Positions 1-9,525 of a stretch of 64,000 nucleotides of DNA are shown here, in pieces. The stretch's first letter is position 1, and each line of letters starts with the position of its first letter. Location of the stretch: IMG/VR virus record IMGVR_UViG_3300033076_000726, positions 55,240-119,239 of that record, one strand, 5' to 3'. A program made the translations under genes and the position numbers. Source of the stretch: a virus. Lineage: Duplodnaviria > Heunggongvirae > Uroviricota > Caudoviricetes. The notes under the pieces were generated by a model. That model was not told where the DNA came from and searched no databases. It saw only the letters and a program-made list of their open reading frames with translations.

Positions 1-2
1 AT

Positions 3-257
3 AATTTAAGAAGATGGACAACATCTAATGATACGAATATCGGTACTGTTGCTAAACCACACGCTAACTGTGGTGAGGAAAACTTCACAATGGGACAAGA
101 TTGGCAATACATGCTTGGAAATTATGATGGAACAGGACAAAACAATACAAGTTGGAAATTCTATTATGCAAGTGATACAGGTTCAAATAGTGTACAAGGT
201 TTAGCTCCAGGTGTAAATGCGGGAACATCTTCAGGCACATGTGGGTGGAGAGCATAA
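3..257 (+). CDS. 3' fragment of a G/S/T/N-rich protein truncated by the window start (fibre/structural-like)
   Basis: Open frame from the window edge to TAA at 255-257; ends ...SNSVQGLAPGVNAGTSSGTCGWRA. Gly/Ser/Thr/Asn-rich composition resembles phage fibre C-termini. Confidence 0.4.
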   Translation, partial: NLRRWTTSNDTNIGTVAKPHANCGEENFTMGQDWQYMLGNYDGTGQNNTSWKFYYASDTGSNSVQGLAPGVNAGTSSGTCGWRA

Positions 258-304
258 TTAACTTGATTTTATCAATATTTTTAATTATATTTAAATAAAA
301 AAAT

Positions 305-1069
305 ATGGAAAAGAAATTCGAATACGAAAGAATATCACACAATTTAAGTGATGAAGACAAGAAATTATTAGAAATTGCTGAAGGATTAAGTTTTGCATTA
401 CCAAAGTACAAGGCTGAAAATTTCGTAGGAGGTTCTCAAATTACACCATACGCTAAATTAAGACAATGGTTAATGGAATTGAGAACGAGAGAAGATGCCG
501 CGGAACATATGGAATATCTTAAACGTAAAAAAGAAATTGAAATTGAATTAGAACATGAGAAAATAGAATATATTACGGAACCATTAAAAAGAGAATTAGT
601 TGAATTGGCAATTAAAGATATGCACATTGATTTGAGAAAATACAATAGAAATTTAAAAGATGCATATAGAGAAAGACAAATTTTTATTGATTTAATTAGA
701 GATTTTCTTGAAAGTGAGGATGGTAAATTACCTGATGGTACATCTCTAATGGAAATATTCAACAATCAATTACTTGAGGACAAATATGAAAAAGAGTATT
801 GGAGTGTTCGTATGGCTAAACAAGCGATGTTGGATATGATTTCATATGGTAGAGTCGGTACCGGTAATTTAGATTCAATTTTAATGATGTCACCTGAACA
901 ACAAAAAGAAGTTATGGCATTGGCATCATCGTATACTGTTACTATCGATAGAAATATAAACACTTTGATGGGTATGGCGGCAACAAACCAAACTTTAATT
1001 GATGGGCAATTAAAAGACCAATTTAAAATTGGTACAGCTAATGATGATTTAAATGAAAAATTATTATAA
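305..1069 (+). CDS. hypothetical protein
   Basis: 254-aa ORF, ATG start, first of a co-directional overlapping gene block; no recognisable motif. Confidence 0.6.
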   Translation: MEKKFEYERISHNLSDEDKKLLEIAEGLSFALPKYKAENFVGGSQITPYAKLRQWLMELRTREDAAEHMEYLKRKKEIEIELEHEKIEYITEPLKRELVELAIKDMHIDLRKYNRNLKDAYRERQIFIDLIRDFLESEDGKLPDGTSLMEIFNNQLLEDKYEKEYWSVRMAKQAMLDMISYGRVGTGNLDSILMMSPEQQKEVMALASSYTVTIDRNINTLMGMAATNQTLIDGQLKDQFKIGTANDDLNEKLL

Positions 1070-1809
1070 TGAAACATATTATTTTTAAAATGAGTATTGA
1101 GTCACCAGGTTATGTGATTAAATTGGGTAGTTATTTGAACTACACCGTTGGTAGAATTCCTGATGAATATGATGATAATAGAGTTGAATTAAAAAAGATG
1201 AACGCAGTTGTTGTTCCTGAAGAATTTGCAAGAGGTTATCTTTTTGCGGATATCTATAAAGACTACGTTTCAATACGAACTAATTCACACATTATTGATG
1301 AATTCCCACAATTTGCAAATTCAGGTGAAACGGAATCTGAAAAAGTTAAATACTTTTTAACAAATGAAGATAGAGAATTGGGTGTTAAATTTAACAAATT
1401 TGTTATGTTAAAAGTAATTGCCGATAGATTTTCAGAAAGAATGAAAAATCTTATTGTCGATGCGTCAGATTTGGAAATGGCAACATGGGAAGAACAAAAA
1501 AGAGAAGCGTTGGCATATCAATTAGATAATACCACATCAACACCTTTAATTGATATTTTAGCTGCAGGTAGAAATATTACAAGAGAAACATTGGTAAATA
1601 AAATTTTAACAAACGTCGAATCGTATAAAATTAAATTGGCAAATTTACTTGTTGAACAACAACAATTAGAACAACGAGTTAAAGCTTGTCAAACTATACC
1701 AGATTGCCATAGATTAAAACATGAAAAATTTGGTGTTAGTATGAGTTACCAACAACAACAAGATGAAAATGTACCAACTTCACCGCTGACGTTAACTATG
1801 GATTTCTAA
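1069..1809 (+). CDS. hypothetical protein
   Basis: 246-aa ORF; its ATG overlaps the upstream stop (TAATG); no motif recognised. Confidence 0.6.
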   Translation: MKHIIFKMSIESPGYVIKLGSYLNYTVGRIPDEYDDNRVELKKMNAVVVPEEFARGYLFADIYKDYVSIRTNSHIIDEFPQFANSGETESEKVKYFLTNEDRELGVKFNKFVMLKVIADRFSERMKNLIVDASDLEMATWEEQKREALAYQLDNTTSTPLIDILAAGRNITRETLVNKILTNVESYKIKLANLLVEQQQLEQRVKACQTIPDCHRLKHEKFGVSMSYQQQQDENVPTSPLTLTMDF

Positions 1810-1810
1810 T

Positions 1811-2455
1811 ATGGTTGAAAATTATTTAGAAACGTATGAATATGGTATCATAATATCAGATTTTATTGATTCTACAACAACAAATTCCCTTTCTAATAAA
1901 ATATTGGAAAGGGAATCTTACATTAAGGGACTTGACGATGGAAGTAAATTGCCAATGAAAATCGTCAATCAAGGTAATGTTACAAATTACCACACATATT
2001 ATAATTTATTAGATTTAGAAATCGAAGAAACTGAAACTTTGATATTAAAAATTAAAGAATTGATATTCAATACTTTCGGATGGGAAAATTTTTACATAAA
2101 AATGTGGGCAAATATTTTTAGAAAGGGAGATTATCTTGGATTACATAAGCATATGGACAATATCAGTCTTAAAAAATTCCCATATGCGGTAAGTGGACAT
2201 TGTTTTCTATATTCTTCAGAAAAAACATACACCACTTTTTTGTTTAAGAATAAAAAAATCAGTATATTTGATAGTAGTATCAATGTTGTCGATTTGGAAA
2301 ACAAACCAGGTGAAGTTTCCATATTCTCCTCATATGTTGAACATGAGTTTAAAAAATGGGACGGTGATTTAAGAGTCGGAATTGCATTTGATATTAACAA
2401 TGAACCTGATGCTAACATTGATTGGCTCAAAAATAGACAATTTAAATACGTTTAG
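1811..2455 (+). CDS. putative 2OG-Fe(II) oxygenase-like protein
   Basis: HKHMD (HxD) ... VEHEF (distal His) ... RVGIAF spacing resembles the 2OG-oxygenase facial triad plus Arg; assignment is tentative. Confidence 0.4.
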   Translation: MVENYLETYEYGIIISDFIDSTTTNSLSNKILERESYIKGLDDGSKLPMKIVNQGNVTNYHTYYNLLDLEIEETETLILKIKELIFNTFGWENFYIKMWANIFRKGDYLGLHKHMDNISLKKFPYAVSGHCFLYSSEKTYTTFLFKNKKISIFDSSINVVDLENKPGEVSIFSSYVEHEFKKWDGDLRVGIAFDINNEPDANIDWLKNRQFKYV

Positions 2456-3463
2456 ATGAATTTTGTTATAAATGGTACATGTGCTAAAGGATGTTCTTTT
2501 TGTTTCACTAAAGAAGAGGCAAGAACCAAACATACTTTAGGTGAAATGACTTTATCTAAAATAGATGAACTAATTGACCATTACAAACTTCATAAAAGTA
2601 AAGAAGAAATTACAATATTGGGAGGAGAACCAACACAACATTCTAATTTTACAGGAATAGTTGATCATATTATATCTAAAGGTTTGAAAATCAATTTAGT
2701 TAGTAATTTTTTATTTGGTAAATCGACAAGAGAATTTATTATAAAAAACATTAGACATATCAGATGGGTATTTCCAAATGCGGCCGAATTAGACGAGAAG
2801 AATCGAATGGTTATATTCAAAAAGAATTACAATGAAATATATGACGCTTATTTGAATACGTGGGGATTCGATAATCACCCAAGATTATATTTGGCCATTA
2901 CAATGTCAAATAATTGGAAAGAAAAGAATTTCTACGAATATATAAAATGGTTATACCACCAATTAGATGGTAAAATTAACGCAATTAGAGTTGGGTTAGA
3001 TTTAACAAATACATATCTTGTTAATAATAAAGATATGGGTTCTGAAATCACTAAAATATTAAAATTTGGAAAATATAATGACATTAAAATAACATCTGAT
3101 TGTCAAGTACCTCCATGTTTGTGGGAAGGTAAAACTGTTGAATCCGTCATGGAAAATTCGTTAGGGTTTGCAACATTTAAAATACCGGAATATGACACCA
3201 TATGTGGATTTATGCCATTAGATGTTTTCCCCGATGGAAGTTCGATACATTGTTATCCTTTGGAGGATAAAGTTAAAATAAAAAATGTATTGGATATTAG
3301 TGGTGAAAGTAATATCTTAGCATTAAGACAAGAGTTCGATAAATTATATAAAGAAAATCATAAAAATTATACATTACCAAAAGACTGTTTAGAATGTCAT
3401 TTCTATAAGACGTTATGTAACGGTATCTGTGGTGGATGTTTAGAGGGAAGTCAACATGAGTAA
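2456..3463 (+). CDS. radical SAM enzyme with C-terminal SPASM/twitch-like Cys cluster
   Basis: N-terminal CAKGCSFC (CxxxCxxC), ILGGEPTQH glycine-rich SAM motif, C-terminal Cys cluster CQVPPC...CGF...HCYP...CLECHF...CNGICGGC. Confidence 0.8.
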   Translation: MNFVINGTCAKGCSFCFTKEEARTKHTLGEMTLSKIDELIDHYKLHKSKEEITILGGEPTQHSNFTGIVDHIISKGLKINLVSNFLFGKSTREFIIKNIRHIRWVFPNAAELDEKNRMVIFKKNYNEIYDAYLNTWGFDNHPRLYLAITMSNNWKEKNFYEYIKWLYHQLDGKINAIRVGLDLTNTYLVNNKDMGSEITKILKFGKYNDIKITSDCQVPPCLWEGKTVESVMENSLGFATFKIPEYDTICGFMPLDVFPDGSSIHCYPLEDKVKIKNVLDISGESNILALRQEFDKLYKENHKNYTLPKDCLECHFYKTLCNGICGGCLEGSQHE

Positions 3464-4481
3464 AATATTTTCAATACCATTAAATCCAATGTTATCTGAA
3501 GAAGATTTCGTTGGTAAATTTGCACCATTTTTAGAGGAATATAAAGAATGGATTTATGATATCTATTTCACTTGTAGAATACCACCATTTACACAAGATG
3601 CTATGGGTACAGTATTCAAACAAGAAGACAGAGATGTTGTAATTGAAAACGCATTTCAAATTCAAGATGTGTTAGGAATTAAAATTAGTGCAACATTTAA
3701 TAATGTCAATGTATCCCCAAAGTTTGACAATTATAAATTGTTTATTGAACATCTTAAACCATTATATGAAAGGGGATTAAGAAGTATCACTTTAGCACAC
3801 GCACATTGGGTTGCTATGGGTATTAAAAATCATTTTCCCGATATGGAGGTTAAGAATACCATATTAAGAAAAGTGGCAACCGCTCAAGATTTCTGGTACA
3901 ACGCGGAACAAGGATTTGATTATGTCAATGTCGATAGAATCTTAATGAGAGATGTTGAAGAATTGAAAAATATTCGAAGAGCTCAATTACAATTTCAACA
4001 AAAACACGGAAGATATGTAAAAATTGCATTATTAACCAATGAAGGTTGTTTAGGAAGATGTCCTATGATGGATGAACACTACTCATATAATAATTTAAAA
4101 TTGGATAATGAATTACCATACTTTAGACATGAGATATCAAAAGTAACTTGTGAATATAAATGGGAAAAAGAAATAAATGCATTTTTCTTTAAAGCGGCAA
4201 CAATTCCTCCATTCAAAAAGGAATACGATGAATTTTTAAACTACATTGACGTGTTTAAAATGCACGGTAGAGATAGTTTCAATAGACTGGATGAAACGAT
4301 GGATATCGTTAAAGGATATGTTGCCGGTAATGAAACATTATCTGTCTCATCTAAATTATATTTGGATGGTGTACCATCTGACGAATTAGACGGTTGGAGA
4401 AATAAAATAAAGAAATGTAAATTCCAATGTTGGGATTGCAATTATTGCGACATTGTTGCGGATTATAAAAAAGGTAAATAA
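3456..4481 (+). CDS. Cys-rich hypothetical protein, partner of the radical SAM gene
   Basis: 341 aa; start overlaps the upstream stop; CLGRCPMMDEH and C-terminal CKFQCWDCNYCD clusters; no CxxxCxxC. Confidence 0.55.
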   Translation: MSKIFSIPLNPMLSEEDFVGKFAPFLEEYKEWIYDIYFTCRIPPFTQDAMGTVFKQEDRDVVIENAFQIQDVLGIKISATFNNVNVSPKFDNYKLFIEHLKPLYERGLRSITLAHAHWVAMGIKNHFPDMEVKNTILRKVATAQDFWYNAEQGFDYVNVDRILMRDVEELKNIRRAQLQFQQKHGRYVKIALLTNEGCLGRCPMMDEHYSYNNLKLDNELPYFRHEISKVTCEYKWEKEINAFFFKAATIPPFKKEYDEFLNYIDVFKMHGRDSFNRLDETMDIVKGYVAGNETLSVSSKLYLDGVPSDELDGWRNKIKKCKFQCWDCNYCDIVADYKKGK

Positions 4482-5143
4482 TGGATTACATTAAACATAT
4501 TGACGATTCAGTAAAGTGGGGAGAATTGGAGGTATCTAAACTTACTTTAGACATATTAAACATACATGGGATAACAAGTAATAAAGTTAAATGTCTATTA
4601 AATAATATATGTAACATAGATGGTGCCAATTATTTAGAAATCGGTGTCTTTAGAGGTTCTACATTTTGTTCCGCAATATATGGTAATAATATAACCGCAA
4701 CTGGAATTGACAATTGGAGTTCGCCATATTTGATGCCAAGTGGGGTTAGTCAAAAAATGAACTTCTATTTAAGGGACAAATCAAATGACCCTAAAGAGGA
4801 ATTCTTATCGAATGTCAAAAAATACGGTAACGTAGAAAAATTAAACGTTTATAGGGCAAATTATTTGGATTTTGATTATTCAACTATCGGTCCGTTGGAT
4901 ATTATTTTTTACGACGGGGAGACAAAGTACTATGACCAATATACTACAATAAAAAATCTAATACCTTATATGTCAAACAATTGTATTTTAATTATTGACG
5001 ATTGGAATTGGCAAAAAGAGGGTGCAACCAAAGCGTTGGAGGATTCAAATGCCTTTATAACATACCAAAAAAATCTATACACAAACGGAGAAGACTCAAA
5101 AGATTTTTGGAATGGAATCGGTATATTTTTAATTGAAAAGTAG
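4481..5143 (+). CDS. class I SAM-dependent methyltransferase (TylF/MycF/CmcI-like)
   Basis: YLEIGVFRGSTFCSAI (SAM-binding GxGxG-like segment) and IIFYDGETKYY...ILIIDDWNW, typical of the macrocin-O-methyltransferase fold. Confidence 0.65.
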   Translation: MDYIKHIDDSVKWGELEVSKLTLDILNIHGITSNKVKCLLNNICNIDGANYLEIGVFRGSTFCSAIYGNNITATGIDNWSSPYLMPSGVSQKMNFYLRDKSNDPKEEFLSNVKKYGNVEKLNVYRANYLDFDYSTIGPLDIIFYDGETKYYDQYTTIKNLIPYMSNNCILIIDDWNWQKEGATKALEDSNAFITYQKNLYTNGEDSKDFWNGIGIFLIEK

Positions 5144-5207
5144 TTCTATTTCTCACATTTTTTGTTTATATTTGAGTAATAATAAACTTTTCTTAAACAA
5201 AAAACAA

Positions 5208-6092
5208 ATGAGAAAAACAATCACAACACTATCGCTAATGTTAGTGTTATTGTTTACTACAACATTGTCATATGGTCAATATAGTAGTAGTGCAATTCAG
5301 AAAGGTTCAGAACAATCCTTAAAAGTTCAAACGGATACACTCCATAATCAATTACAAGAAATTGTTGTTAGTGCAAAGAAAGTTCCTTTGATGACAAGAG
5401 TTGGTGAATACAATCAACCACTTTGGTCAACAATTCGAATGTTTCCATCTACACGTGTTTACATTATGAATCCACCAAATACAGTAATGTATGAGAAGTG
5501 GTTCGATATTAGACAACGTAGAAATGGTCCGGCACAAATCAGAATGAGAGATGAATTCACATTCGGTTTAGGTAAGAGACTTCAATTAGATGTATATTCA
5601 CACACAGTTTATGACGGTTATAATGGTGATAAGGAATTCAAATGGAGAGGATTTTCTTGGGAATTCAGATACGCATTAGCCGATTGGGGTAAACTATGGG
5701 GTAATCCAACAATCTATTGGGAAACCAAAATGTTAGATGGTCGTTGGGGAATTGAACCAAAACTATTGTTAGGAGATAGAGTAGGTAGAAATGGTGTGTG
5801 GGGATTCAATGCAATCTATGAAGGTAACTTAGGTGGTACTAAAGAAGAACAAGAACGTGAATATGCGTATACCGCATCATATGCAAAAATCCTAAACAAT
5901 GATTTAACATTAGGTGTTTCACATATGTTTAGATACAATGACTATGAAGGTGGTTCACAAGAATGGTATCTCGGACCATTAGTACAATACCGATTCACCA
6001 ACAAAGCATATTTGAATGTTGAACATATGCCAGGTTTAAATCAAGACGCAAAATTATCAAGAACCACAATTATATTCGGATGGAGATTTTAA
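5208..6092 (+). CDS. secreted outer-membrane beta-barrel-like protein
   Basis: ATG at 5208 gives MRKTITTLSLMLVLLFTTTLSYGQ (Bacteroidetes-type signal peptide). C-terminus ...TTIIFGWRF ends in an aromatic residue like the OMP beta-signal. The track start at 5133 is a TTG upstream. Confidence 0.5.
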   Translation: MRKTITTLSLMLVLLFTTTLSYGQYSSSAIQKGSEQSLKVQTDTLHNQLQEIVVSAKKVPLMTRVGEYNQPLWSTIRMFPSTRVYIMNPPNTVMYEKWFDIRQRRNGPAQIRMRDEFTFGLGKRLQLDVYSHTVYDGYNGDKEFKWRGFSWEFRYALADWGKLWGNPTIYWETKMLDGRWGIEPKLLLGDRVGRNGVWGFNAIYEGNLGGTKEEQEREYAYTASYAKILNNDLTLGVSHMFRYNDYEGGSQEWYLGPLVQYRFTNKAYLNVEHMPGLNQDAKLSRTTIIFGWRF

Positions 6093-7087
6093 TCAAAGGA
6101 CAAGAATTCCTTGTCTACTTAATATTCATTATGTTCGTAACTGGTATCCTCAAGGAAAGAGGATACCTTATGGACATCTTTAGACTTTTAGAACAGAAAG
6201 TTAAATCAAAGAAGATGGTGGTCTTCTTAGTATCGTTATTTGGTGGAGTGTTACCAATACCAGGTCGTGTTGCATTATCAGCATCTATGTTGAATAGTAT
6301 TGCACCAGTTGATAATAAAAAACGTAAGAAGTTTGGTATTATCGATTACCTTGCAACACACCATTATTATTTATGGTCACCCTTGGAGAAGACTGTTATC
6401 ATACCTATGGCTGTATTAGGATTAACTTATGTGCAGTTTATGTCTTATATCTGGCCGTTGTTATTGATTTCAGGATTATACATCAGTTATTATATTCTAT
6501 CATTAGATGAAGATGAAATTGATATTGAAGTTAAAGACGACCCAATCGATTGGAAGAACATCTATCTTGTAGTTATCCCATTTCTAGCTACGATTATGAT
6601 GTGTGTTTTCTTTACTGATTATTATTTTGGATTCTTTATGGGGTTCACATTATGGTTGGTATATTATTCCAATAGTTGGAAAAAATTACTCGATTATGTG
6701 AATTGGGAACTGATATGGATTGTGGCGTTAGTTATTATTTTAGGTAACTTAATAGGTTCATATTATAATGTAATTGAAGGGTATATTAAACAATATAATA
6801 AACCTGAATATATATTGATTGTATCTATGATATCATTTTTATCCTCGTTTATGTTGGGGTCTTCTGCAAAATATGCTAGTATCGTAAGTTTATTAACAAG
6901 TGTATTTGGAATGCAATATTTTGTTTTATTTTTCACTTTAGAATACTCCGCATATCTAATATCCCCATCACACAAATGTCTACCAATAGGTCAAAAATAT
7001 TTCCACACAGGTTTTATGACATATTTGAAGGCTTTGATAATATGGATATCAATAATGATGACATATGCACTATTAACAATAATATAA
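6080..7087 (+). CDS. polytopic integral membrane protein
   Basis: 335 aa with 8 or more hydrophobic segments and a LFGGVLPIPGRVALSAS motif. Confidence 0.6.
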   Translation: MEILIKGQEFLVYLIFIMFVTGILKERGYLMDIFRLLEQKVKSKKMVVFLVSLFGGVLPIPGRVALSASMLNSIAPVDNKKRKKFGIIDYLATHHYYLWSPLEKTVIIPMAVLGLTYVQFMSYIWPLLLISGLYISYYILSLDEDEIDIEVKDDPIDWKNIYLVVIPFLATIMMCVFFTDYYFGFFMGFTLWLVYYSNSWKKLLDYVNWELIWIVALVIILGNLIGSYYNVIEGYIKQYNKPEYILIVSMISFLSSFMLGSSAKYASIVSLLTSVFGMQYFVLFFTLEYSAYLISPSHKCLPIGQKYFHTGFMTYLKALIIWISIMMTYALLTII

Positions 7088-7101
7088 AATACATATAAAA
7101 T

Positions 7102-7563
7102 ATGAATAAGATAAATTTAACATTAGGAGAAATTAGACAATTAAACGATGAAATTAACGGACTCATCAATCAAGAAACAGGTAACGTTATTTTTGAAGGA
7201 TTTTTAAATCAAAAAATTTCAATTTTATTAAAATATGAATTAACCGATTTAAGTGAATTTCTCGAAAAGGAAAAAAATAAAACCGAAAAAATAAAAGATG
7301 AACTGATTTTAAAATACGGTGAGGAGGATGAAAAGGGAATAAAGTTAAACATGTGGTTAATTGATAAGGACGATGAGGGTAAAATATTATCCAAAACCAT
7401 AAATCCAAAATACGTTCAATTTGATGAAGAAATGGGTAAACTTATGTTGATGGAGAAAGAAATTGAATATCCTGATATCACTAAAGATGATTTAAAAAAC
7501 ATCGGAGAAACGAAAGACAATTATCAAGTGTTATTTAAACTAATAAAAAAAGGGACTAATTAA
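7102..7563 (+). CDS. hypothetical protein (Lys/Glu-rich)
   Basis: 153-aa ORF, last gene of the first rightward block, convergent with the minus-strand glycan island. Confidence 0.55.
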   Translation: MNKINLTLGEIRQLNDEINGLINQETGNVIFEGFLNQKISILLKYELTDLSEFLEKEKNKTEKIKDELILKYGEEDEKGIKLNMWLIDKDDEGKILSKTINPKYVQFDEEMGKLMLMEKEIEYPDITKDDLKNIGETKDNYQVLFKLIKKGTN

Positions 7564-8662
7564 GTCCCTTTCTTATTTCTATCATCATATTTCCTATTTG
7601 ATATTCACCCGGTTCATAATGAGGTATTGACAATCTTAAAGTGTATAAAAGATACACATCCTCATCTGTAAACGGTGCGGTTTCGTAAATCATCACATCT
7701 ACGGTATCTGTAAGGGTAAATTTGGACCTTAAATCATATCTGGTATTCTTCTGTTCATTCTCAATATAATCTTCAGGAATACGTCCTAAATTGATTTTAT
7801 CAAAGAATGGCTCAATCTCAAACAATCTATTGGAATTATTCGTAGATAATCCCATTGTGAATGTGTTATATTTAAATTCCTTATCTTCCCAATATCTTAA
7901 TTCATTAAATGACATAATAGGAATCCCCCACTTTCTTACGAAATTTCTATTGGATGATATTTCAATAATTTGTCTATTGTTCTTCATATCATCACTAAAT
8001 CTTGATGTCTGTGAAACAAAATGATAAGTGATAGCCGATTCACAAGTTTTTAATTCATATCCTTTTAGTTTTGCACGAATAAGAAAATCATCGTCTTCAC
8101 AAAAACAAGGTGCGAAACTAAATCCATCAAACATCCCAACATCCTCAAACATTTTCTTATATCCGCTCATAAAGAACACAGCACCGTCATATAGGGTATC
8201 TGAGTTTTTCCATTGTTGAACGTAATTGTTGAAATGATATGTGTTAAAATTTAAGAACGATGAACCTAAATCTAATAGAACTTTACCAGGTCTTTTGTGA
8301 CCGGCAAAAATTGGTGGTTCAATTGTTGTATAAGACAATAACATATTTGGTTGTAATAATCGTTCAATGGCTTCTAAAAAACCTTCACCGATAACCATAT
8401 CGTTATGTATCAAAACAAGCTTTTCAGTATCAACTAATTTAATACCCGCATTATATGTTTCAGAAAATGTTAATCTATCATCATCATGAATAAATGAAAG
8501 ATTATTGTCCTCCAAAGATTCTAACCATTCTTTTGTTCCATCTGTAGAACCACCACTACTTATAACTAATGGTTCGTTTGGATATAAATCACGAAGATAT
8601 CTATAACATTCTTTTGTTAGATTTAATTTATTATATACCGCTAATACAAATGTTATATTCAT
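7556..8662 (-). CDS. glycosyltransferase family 2
   Basis: N-terminal ITFVLAVYNKLNLTKECYRYL...SSGGSTDGT and LIHNDMVIGEGF fit a GT-A/GT2 fold. Confidence 0.75.
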   Translation of the reverse strand: MNITFVLAVYNKLNLTKECYRYLRDLYPNEPLVISSGGSTDGTKEWLESLEDNNLSFIHDDDRLTFSETYNAGIKLVDTEKLVLIHNDMVIGEGFLEAIERLLQPNMLLSYTTIEPPIFAGHKRPGKVLLDLGSSFLNFNTYHFNNYVQQWKNSDTLYDGAVFFMSGYKKMFEDVGMFDGFSFAPCFCEDDDFLIRAKLKGYELKTCESAITYHFVSQTSRFSDDMKNNRQIIEISSNRNFVRKWGIPIMSFNELRYWEDKEFKYNTFTMGLSTNNSNRLFEIEPFFDKINLGRIPEDYIENEQKNTRYDLRSKFTLTDTVDVMIYETAPFTDEDVYLLYTLRLSIPHYEPGEYQIGNMMIEIRKGLN

Positions 8663-9525
8663 TACTTATTATTCAAATATTCAACAATGTAATCTTCAAT
8701 GTTTTTAGTTGGTTCCCAATCTAATTGAAGTCTGGCTTCAGAACTATCACATAAAGTTATTAACGCCTCACCTGGTTTATCATCAGTAAAAACATATTCG
8801 TGTTTGAACATTTTAGCAATATCCTCGATTGAATAATTCTTACCTCTACCTAATTCGAATATATGTCCCCATTTATCATAAGATTTAATTCGAATAAGAC
8901 CATCCACAATATCTTCAATGTGTGTGAAATCCCTTCTCTTAGTTCCATCACCATAAATTGTTAATGGTTGACCGTCTTCAATTGCTTTTTCCCACTTACC
9001 GATTAAAGTACAATATCCACCCTCCTTCAAATGATGAGGGCCATATACATTATAGAAACGAGCAACACTTGCTTTCAAATTAAAATGTTGTTGATACATT
9101 TGAATAATCTCTTCACCAACATCTTTACTAAAAGTATATGGATTTTTAAATTTACCACTATGGTGTGAACTACTTCCCGCATATATTAGTGGTATGTTAT
9201 TTTGTACACAATAATCTGCAATGTATAAAGTACCATTTGCATTTGTTTGAAAATAACCAACTGGATTTTTAAAGGATGGTTGTATACGTGCAATTGCAGC
9301 TAAATGATATACCACATCAAAAGTTTGACCATCATCCAAATACGGGTTCCAATTTCTTTTTCTAAATGATATGTCTTCATTAACATATTTTGCACCCTCT
9401 ACGTGATTTGTTCTAAACCCCGTAAAATAGTTATCAACGGAAACAACATTGTGTCCTTCACTAACTAATCTTTTAATTAAATTGGTACCAACAAATCCAG
9501 CACCACCAGTCACTAATACGTTCAT
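8662..9525 (-). CDS. NAD-dependent sugar-nucleotide dehydratase/epimerase (SDR; UXS/4,6-dehydratase-like)
   Basis: VLVTGGAGFVGTNL Rossmann GxxGxxG, VDNYFTG, catalytic YTFSK (YxxxK). Confidence 0.8.
   Translation of the reverse strand: MNVLVTGGAGFVGTNLIKRLVSEGHNVVSVDNYFTGFRTNHVEGAKYVNEDISFRKRNWNPYLDDGQTFDVVYHLAAIARIQPSFKNPVGYFQTNANGTLYIADYCVQNNIPLIYAGSSSHHSGKFKNPYTFSKDVGEEIIQMYQQHFNLKASVARFYNVYGPHHLKEGGYCTLIGKWEKAIEDGQPLTIYGDGTKRRDFTHIEDIVDGLIRIKSYDKWGHIFELGRGKNYSIEDIAKMFKHEYVFTDDKPGEALITLCDSSEARLQLDWEPTKNIEDYIVEYLNNK

Noticed and set aside
85-1077. Minus-strand track ORFs 85-411, 436-765 and 766-1077 inside plus-strand genes (similar shadow ORFs at 2131-2430, 4241-4441, 6763-6975, 7187-7408, 21435-21662, 26894-27202, 33349-33838 and others)
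   Set aside because: They lie antisense to or nested in longer same-block genes. They have low-complexity Ile/Phe/Leu/Asn-rich translations typical of AT-rich shadow frames, and no motifs.
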